Shown here piece after piece: positions 16,618 to 21,538 of a stretch of 64,000 nucleotides of DNA. Position 1 is the first letter of the stretch; each line of letters opens with the position of its first letter. Made by a program: the position numbers and the translations under genes. Under the pieces are notes generated by a model. That model was given only the letters and a program-made list of their open reading frames with translations, did not search any database and was not told where the DNA came from. The DNA is from a virus: positions 6,979 to 70,978 of IMG/VR virus record IMGVR_UViG_3300021357_000002. The stretch is one strand, 5' to 3'.

Positions 16618-16620
16618 GAG

Positions 16621-16905
16621 TTACTCCAATGAAATCTTCTTACCACAATTAGTACAGAAAGCTTTGTTTTGATGAGCTTCATGAATTTGAACATAATGAT
16701 GCTGTCCTGGAGGACAAGTATCTTGTTCTGGTTCATTGGCTACTATTTCAAAGTCTTCAGCAGCACCTACCCTTGAATGCCAATCCCCATCGCTGTACCA
16801 AACATATACTGCATAACCTTGATGATGGGCTACAATCTTTACAACAGATTTAACACCCATCACAGTTACAGTAGGTTTAGTACCAATATCCGGTAATGAT
16901 TTCAT
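16621..16905 (-). CDS. hypothetical protein with C-terminal Zn-ribbon-like motif
   Basis: CPPGQHHY...FCTNCG; start MKSLPD after a GAGGA RBS. Confidence 0.65.
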   Translation of the reverse strand: MKSLPDIGTKPTVTVMGVKSVVKIVAHHQGYAVYVWYSDGDWHSRVGAAEDFEIVANEPEQDTCPPGQHHYVQIHEAHQNKAFCTNCGKKISLE

Positions 16906-16906
16906 G

Positions 16907-17926
16907 TTATTCCTCAACTAATAAAGACGGTTTAGCAACAAACAATTGAGTATCACCCCATCTGTCTTTGTAAGCACATATTGGTTCACCATCAAAGTAA
17001 CCAACTAATTCTACTTCAATGGAATCACCATCGATGAAGTATTTATACTTCTTAGAAGTATCAGCTAACTCATCACAGATGATTACTGTTGGTTTGGTTC
17101 CAGATACTACTTCAATCAAATCATATTGAATGTTTTGAGTAGAAGTATACTTAGTACCTCTGAAGATACCTCTTTCACTATCTCTAACACGTTCAAAGAA
17201 AATCTCTTCACCAATCTGGAAGCAGTGAGGGTCATTGTCTTGCTGACCACGAACAATACCTTTATCACCCTTTTTCCATTCATCTGCTGGTTTAGTAGGC
17301 CACTCTTTCTTCTCTGGGTCAGAATCTTTACTGTCAGAAGATTCATCTTCTGCATAGCCGAAGACAAGACAGGAGTCAGCATGGTGATACATAGTATCTC
17401 CTCGTGCTGCAATATGATAATCGCCATCAGAACAAATATCGACAATAACGCCTTCAGTACCAGAAGGGAAACCACCAGTGCAGTTATGGATTACACGAAC
17501 CTTACGACCAACTTTTGGTTCTAATCCACCTACATGGGATAGATACAGATATGGTTCAGAATCATTTTTATGCAGACGAAACTCAGGACAAGTATCTCCA
17601 TCGTCTTTGATAAATGTGATGATATCGTCTTCATAGGCTTCCTCACCATTATCATCCATGACCATCTGAAGGATATCTCCTTCTCTTAAGCCACGATTAT
17701 AGGCAAGTGTTGTATCTCCGGTATAACGAGCTACACATCTTAAATCGATGTAGTAGGTTTCAGTATCATCATTTACTTTTTCAGTATTACGGAATTCAGG
17801 GTTATCTGACCCATCATCACTATGAAGCCAGAGGGTATCACCAGCACTTAATCCATCAATATCATCATTGACGAGAGTGAACTGCATACCTTCTTCATAA
17901 CCTAATCTTTCACAAGGGGTAGACAT
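16907..17926 (-). CDS. acidic multi-repeat beta-domain protein (339 aa)
   Basis: Start MSTPCERLG after a GGAG RBS; two DDG..PEFR repeats plus two KOW/SH3-like units. Confidence 0.75.
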   Translation of the reverse strand: MSTPCERLGYEEGMQFTLVNDDIDGLSAGDTLWLHSDDGSDNPEFRNTEKVNDDTETYYIDLRCVARYTGDTTLAYNRGLREGDILQMVMDDNGEEAYEDDIITFIKDDGDTCPEFRLHKNDSEPYLYLSHVGGLEPKVGRKVRVIHNCTGGFPSGTEGVIVDICSDGDYHIAARGDTMYHHADSCLVFGYAEDESSDSKDSDPEKKEWPTKPADEWKKGDKGIVRGQQDNDPHCFQIGEEIFFERVRDSERGIFRGTKYTSTQNIQYDLIEVVSGTKPTVIICDELADTSKKYKYFIDGDSIEVELVGYFDGEPICAYKDRWGDTQLFVAKPSLLVEE

Positions 17927-17947
17927 TCTTAAAAGTCTCCTACGACT

Positions 17948-18004
17948 AGCCTGAAGCGAAGCGCTCCGAGCGAACGTAGTGAGCGATGGAAGCGCGTAAG
18001 CGTA
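17948..18004 (+). other. primosome-assembly-site (n'-pas/ssi)-like sequence
   Basis: AGCC..GAAGCGAAGCGCTCCGAGCGAACGTAGTGAGCGATGGAAGCG resembles the pBR322/ColE1 pas core AGCCGAACGACCGAGCGCAGCGAGTCAGTGAGCGAGGAAGCG as recalled. Confidence 0.5.
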
Positions 18005-18020
18005 AGGCGGGGATTGGGAT

Positions 18021-18047
18021 AAAAAAAGCCCATCAAGGGAGATGGGC
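18021..18047 (-). terminator. intrinsic terminator ending the RNA-gene cluster
   Basis: GCCCATC-TCCCTT-GATGGGC-TTTTTTT. Confidence 0.8.
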
Positions 18048-18129
18048 AAAATAATCAACGTATTCGGAAGTGAGATATACTTGGCGCGTATCTCTGTAAA
18101 TATACTGATTCAATACACTTAAAGAGATA

Positions 18130-18300
18130 TTGGTTGCCCATTATTAATCACACCGGGCCAGTGCGCCAGATTCTGTTATGAGGAACTGGAATACCTCACT
18201 GACTTATAAGCTATTAAGCCGCCATCAGAACAACATCATCGTTTGCATTTATGTTTTATGGTTCGTTTCTAAAAAACCGCATAATCGCTTACGAAAACTA
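18130..18300 (-). ncRNA. tmRNA-like mRNA domain encoding ssrA-type tag ANDDVVLMAA* (tag 18246-18214)
   Basis: AUAAAU-GCA resume context, tag begins AND and ends AA, TAA TAG inside a hairpin, pseudoknot upstream and two downstream; no tRNA-like domain found. Confidence 0.7.
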
Positions 18301-18305
18301 TCAAA

Positions 18306-18400
18306 GAGTACACTTACCCTGGTTTAGGAGTTGAACCTAATTGGGAAGTAGTTTACGAACATTTTTCACTTCTTTCGCGGTAACCACGATAAATGTACTC
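18306..18400 (-). ncRNA. tRNA-like structured RNA with 13-bp terminal stem
   Basis: GAGTACATTTATC/GGTAAGTGTACTC stem plus T-arm TTAGG-TTCAACT-CCTAA. Confidence 0.55.
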
Positions 18401-18428
18401 ATTGATAGGATGTTCATTATTTACTTGA

Positions 18429-18583
18429 GAAGATTCTGTATCACGTCTGATTATTGAGGTCAGGATTTGCACCTGAGATACCTTCCTTTCGGGAGAGTCG
18501 CTGAACTATCTATGGATTCCATAATAGACTCGCCAGTCTTATTACTTTCACCATAACCTGCGTTACACTCAATCAGAATCTTC
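18429..18583 (-). ncRNA. structured RNA with T-arm-like hairpin
   Basis: GAAGATTCTG/CAGAATCTTC terminal stem; TCAGG-TGCAAAT-CCTGA; AGACT-GGCG-AGTCT. Confidence 0.5.
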
Positions 18584-18599
18584 ACAACTAAACAATTAA

Positions 18600-18740
18600 G
18601 CTGGTTAGGCCAGCAACTCCCTGAGTTCGATAACAGAGTTCTAGTACTCTGGTATGTCCGGTTATTAAGCCTTCTATACAGGACAGGGTATACCTGTTTT
18701 AACTCTGCTTCCTCTAAGGAAAGCAATCTTCGGGTTACTA
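18600..18740 (-). ncRNA. multi-hairpin non-coding segment
   Basis: Hairpins at 18725-18706, 18697-18683, 18651-18634, 18614-18600. Confidence 0.4.
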
Positions 18741-18841
18741 TGGCAGCATAGTAAAGAGAACACTGTATGGGACTCGAACCCATCAAAAGTCACACAGCGC
18801 TATGGACGTCCACCTGTCAATGTCCTCATTACTATGCGCTG
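18741..18841 (-). ncRNA. tRNA mimic with extended acceptor-like stem and 3' CCA
   Basis: GCATAGTAA-T-GAGGACATT / AGTGTTCTC-T-TTACTATGC, T-arm ATGGG-TTCGAGT-CCCAT, ends TGCCA. Confidence 0.55.
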
Positions 18842-18900
18842 GTTTAAGCAGAGCCAGCTTGCTATCCCAATCGTCGTAGTAAAACGACAATTTGAGTTTA

Positions 18901-19077
18901 TTACGCTGGGAAGAAGAAATTCATCGTTTTATTATAACCAGCATCGATAATATCCATCTTGTGAGGACGGTCCATACGTTTGGCTACACGAGATTTTACT
19001 TCTGCTCTGCGAATTCGATGAGACATACTACGACGCTCTGCACGATTAGGTCCAGAGTTCATTTGGATATAACGCAT
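18901..19077 (-). CDS. small Arg-rich protein inside the tRNA cluster (58 aa, not in ORF track)
   Basis: AAGGA RBS; MRYIQMNSGPNRAERRSMSHRIRRAEVKSRVAKRMDRPHKMDIIDAGYNKTMNFFFPA*. Confidence 0.65.
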   Translation of the reverse strand: MRYIQMNSGPNRAERRSMSHRIRRAEVKSRVAKRMDRPHKMDIIDAGYNKTMNFFFPA

Positions 19078-19099
19078 TGGGATTTTCCTTGTATTGATT

Positions 19100-19185
19100 T
19101 GGTGGGAGTAACGAGATTCGAACTCGTACAGCTATAAGCCGAGGGATTTTAAATCCCTTGTGTCTACCGATTTCACCATACTCCC
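19100..19185 (-). tRNA. tRNA-Leu(TAA)
   Basis: Cloverleaf, AGGGA-TTTAAAA-TCCCT anticodon arm, long variable arm, encoded CCA. Confidence 0.95.
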
Positions 19186-19187
19186 AT

Positions 19188-19264
19188 TGGTACACCCTAC
19201 TGGATTCGAACCAGTGACCTACTGCTTAGAAGGCAGTTGCTTCTATCCACTGAGCTAAGGATGC
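19188..19264 (-). tRNA. tRNA-Arg(TCT)
   Basis: ACTGC-CTTCTAA-GCAGT, T-loop TTCGAAT, CCA. Confidence 0.95.
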
Positions 19265-19265
19265 T

Positions 19266-19430
19266 TAGTACCCTCGTTTTGTCCGATGGTGAGGGTCCCC
19301 ATCTTCGTGCGCTTGGCTGGACTACCAGTTATTCATTTAAGAGTATGGCTATGAGAGGCAGGAAGCCCAGCCTTTTTACATACTAATAAACATACCGACC
19401 GGTCACGGATTGCAGAGTTACCTGCAAGTA
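19266..19430 (-). ncRNA. structured spacer RNA with H-type pseudoknot
   Basis: TTGCAG/CTGCAA hairpin, GGCTGG/CCAGCC stem, pseudoknot GATGG/CCATC plus ACCCTC/GAGGGT (19303-19270). Confidence 0.45.
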
Positions 19431-19506
19431 TGGCGATGGGATAGGGATTTGAACCCTAATATCACAGATTAACAGTCTGCTGCTTTACCGAGTTAGCTAT
19501 CCCATC
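19431..19506 (-). tRNA. tRNA-Asn(GTT)
   Basis: CAGA-CTGTTAA-TCTG, CCA. Confidence 0.93.
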
Positions 19507-19511
19507 ATAAT

Positions 19512-19597
19512 TGGCGGAAGATTGAGGAGTCGAACCCCTACCGTTACCAGCACCTCCGGGTTCAAACCGGATTGCCCACCACTGAGCGGAATCTTCC
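19512..19597 (-). tRNA. tRNA-Ser(TGA)
   Basis: TCCGG-TTTGAAC-CCGGA, long variable arm, G discriminator, CCA. Confidence 0.9.
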
Positions 19598-19600
19598 AAA

Positions 19601-19683
19601 TTCTTATTAAAGAGTCTCTAACCATCAGCGGTGAGGTAACACCCAATGGATGTTAGACTTGGCTAGAGACTCATTAATAAGAA
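19601..19683 (-). ncRNA. long-stem structured RNA
   Basis: TTCTTATTAA-T-GAGTCTCTAGCCA / TGGTTAGAGACTC-T-TTAATAAGAA with internal AACATCC/GGGTGTT hairpin. Confidence 0.5.
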
Positions 19684-19687
19684 CTTT

Positions 19688-19767
19688 TGATGAGGTGAGA
19701 CTCGAACTCACGTTCCTTCCCTTTGCCTAAGCATTGGTATTGTATTTGCCTATTATACGACTCATCA
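19688..19767 (-). pseudogene. pseudo-tRNA / tRNA-like RNA lacking a canonical anticodon loop and CCA
   Basis: Acceptor TGATGAG/CTCATCA, D stem GTAT/ATAC, T-arm GTGAG-TTCGAGT-CTCAC; anticodon arm has a 4-nt loop. Confidence 0.7.
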
Positions 19768-19775
19768 GGTTCCTG

Positions 19776-19900
19776 TTCTCGTTCACAGTGTCAGTTGTCT
19801 ATTCCAAACAGTCAATGGTCTACTCCCATCGTCGAGAAATTACCCTTTCCTATCGGGCCGCAACTACAAGTGTATTCCCCTAAGAGATACGAACTGTAGT
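19776..19900 (-). ncRNA. structured spacer RNA
   Basis: ACTACA/TGTAGT and TTCTCG/CGAGAA stems enclosing smaller hairpins. Confidence 0.4.
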
Positions 19901-19908
19901 CTATTGGA

Positions 19909-19985
19909 TGGTTGTCTCAACTAGATTCGAACTAGTGACCTTTCCCTTATCAGGGGAACGCTCTGACCTACTGAGCTATGAGACA
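19909..19985 (-). tRNA. tRNA-Ile(GAT)
   Basis: TCCC-CTGATAA-GGGA, CCA. Confidence 0.93.
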
Positions 19986-19988
19986 ATT

Positions 19989-20066
19989 TGGTGGTTCCAC
20001 CCGGTTTCGAACCTGGACACTCTCGGTTATGAGCCGAGTGCTCTAACCAGCTTGAGCTATGGAACC
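19989..20066 (-). tRNA. tRNA-Met(CAT), probably elongator (Ile2 not excluded)
   Basis: CTCGG-CTCATAA-CCGAG; paired G1-C72; U4-A69. Confidence 0.9.
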
Positions 20067-20071
20067 ATATA

Positions 20072-20158
20072 TGGCGGAAGATACAGGATTCGAACCTGTG
20101 GGACATTACATCCTATCGGTTAGCAACCGACTGCTTTCGGCCTCTCAGCCAATCTTCC
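20072..20158 (-). tRNA. tRNA-Ser(GCT)
   Basis: TCGG-TTGCTAA-CCGA, long variable arm, CCA. Confidence 0.93.
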
Positions 20159-20164
20159 AGTATT

Positions 20165-20248
20165 TGGTGTGGGATGATGGATTCGAACCACCGCGCCTTT
20201 CAGTGAGGATTTACAGTCCCCCGCAATCGACCACTCTGCCAACCCCAC
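20165..20248 (-). tRNA. tRNA-Tyr(GTA)
   Basis: GGGA-CTGTAAA-TCCT, variable arm, CCA. Confidence 0.93.
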
Positions 20249-20257
20249 ATATTTAGA

Positions 20258-20367
20258 TGGGCTTCTCACCCAATTGGACATTTGTTCTCTACTCCGCACC
20301 TAGCCTAATGGCTGTCTCAGCGTTTTGTTCCAGTGTCTACTGGAAGGTCTTCAGGTAGCGCTGAAGA
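20258..20367 (-). ncRNA. string of four hairpins between tRNA-Pro and tRNA-Tyr
   Basis: TCTTCAG/CTGAAGA, TTCCAGT/ACTGGAA, AGCC/GGCT, TGGGT/GCCCA. Confidence 0.4.
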
Positions 20368-20370
20368 TTT

Positions 20371-20447
<77 letters not shown>

Positions 20448-20453
20448 TAAATA

Positions 20454-20634
20454 TTTAATCGACTGATATCTTTAGGGGACCACTCTCATTTCCCCACATT
20501 TCGGATGACTAGTACACCTTAGTGGTACGTCACTTGGCTTGCTATAAAGGTAGGAGCCTACTCCCTCGAATGACCTCACACCATATGCCTACGAATGCTT
20601 TCACAAGTTGCTGACAAGATATCATGCGATTAAA
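20454..20634 (-). ncRNA. ~180-nt structured RNA closed by a 16-bp terminal stem
   Basis: TTTAATCG-CA-TGATATCT / AGATATCA-GT-CGATTAAA with internal hairpins GTGAC/GTCAT and GGGGA/TCCCC. Confidence 0.55.
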
Positions 20635-20647
20635 TACTTCAATCTTT

Positions 20648-20673
20648 CCAAAGAGAGCACCGAAGGTGCTTAA
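20648..20673 (-). promoter_or_regulatory. class-2 template-strand hairpin element (copy 2), heading the RNA cluster
   Basis: CCAAAGAG-AGCACC-GAA-GGTGCT-TAA. Confidence 0.5.
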
Positions 20674-20842
20674 GAGAGAGATGTACCATCTGTGTTATTA
20701 AGACTGCAATCTTAAGAACTAGACGCAGATTGGATAATGAGTCCGTTACGTCCTAATACACCTCTCACTTAAGAATCTTCTACTTTCTGTGAAAAGTACT
20801 ATATAGTACTGATAATCTATTTGTAAACCCTTTGGAGTAACT

Positions 20843-21538
20843 ATGACTCAGTTATCTGTAGAACAGTTTAAAGCTGTAATGCCTCAGAATCATAAAGGCA
20901 GTGTTAATCAGGATTTAATGGATAAGATTAATAAGATTCTCTCTGACCCCATTATGGGTGAAGTATTGAGAGATAACTTAATGTCTTATACTCATGTAAT
21001 GAAGGATGGTAAGTTTAAGATTGAAGATTACTTATCCGCAGTTAAGTATGTCAGTTTTAAACTAATGGGGCATACCAACTTTGAAGCTTATATAAAAACT
21101 TTCCCAGACCGATATCAAAACTTCTTGAACTCTGGTACTTCTACTAAAGATATTCATTGTTATGTATCTGCATACAACAAAGGTAAGTTAGTTAACCTTA
21201 TCTATGAACAGACTTTGGTTCCAACTCATGTTCTTAATGCTGATATCTTTCAGAAAGCTATTAACGTTCAAGCAGATTTAATGCTTAATGCTAAAAGTGA
21301 GAAGGTTAAGTGTGAAGCAGCTAACTCATTACTAAATCATCTCAAACGTCCTGAAGCCAATAAGATTGAACTTAATGTTGGTTTGCAGGAAGGTGGTGTA
21401 ATTAGTGAACTGAGGGAATTAACCTCACAGCTAGCTGCGAAGCAGCGACAACTAATTGAAGGTGGAGTCTATTCAGCTAAAGAAGTAGCTCATACCAAGT
21501 TAGTAATTGATGGAGAATCTGAACGTGTCGATGATTAA
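20843..21538 (+). CDS. N4 gp69-like protein (putative terminase small subunit)
   Basis: YLSAVKYVSFKLMG, YVSAYNKGKLVNLIYEQ, AANSLLNHLKRPE; directly upstream of the large terminase. Confidence 0.8.
   Translation: MTQLSVEQFKAVMPQNHKGSVNQDLMDKINKILSDPIMGEVLRDNLMSYTHVMKDGKFKIEDYLSAVKYVSFKLMGHTNFEAYIKTFPDRYQNFLNSGTSTKDIHCYVSAYNKGKLVNLIYEQTLVPTHVLNADIFQKAINVQADLMLNAKSEKVKCEAANSLLNHLKRPEANKIELNVGLQEGGVISELRELTSQLAAKQRQLIEGGVYSAKEVAHTKLVIDGESERVDD

Noticed and set aside
17927-18058. N-terminal 44-aa extension of ORF 16907-18058 in the track
   Set aside because: It runs through a terminator and the pas-like element; a good RBS precedes the ATG at 17926.
18130-18400. Formal call as a circularly permuted two-piece tmRNA
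   Set aside because: The expected order T-arm, 7-nt acceptor 3' strand, CCA, spacer, GGG 5' strand with G3.U70 could not be built; ACCA follows the T stem directly.
18060-18880. One large GOLLD/ROOL-type RNA, or YrlA Y RNAs
   Set aside because: The size fits loosely, but I see locally closed units rather than end-to-end pairing. The arm order differs from YrlA and no Ro60 gene is in the window. A covariance search is needed.
19512-19597. tRNA-Sec or suppressor tRNA
   Set aside because: The anticodon is TGA (reads UCA, Ser), not TCA, and the acceptor stem is a normal 7 bp.
18460-20256. Track ORFs at 18460-18786, 18892-19137, 19908-20123, 19921-20106 and 20059-20256
   Set aside because: They are translations of tRNAs and structured RNAs (e.g. 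MGSSP, RFELV) with no RBS or protein-like character.
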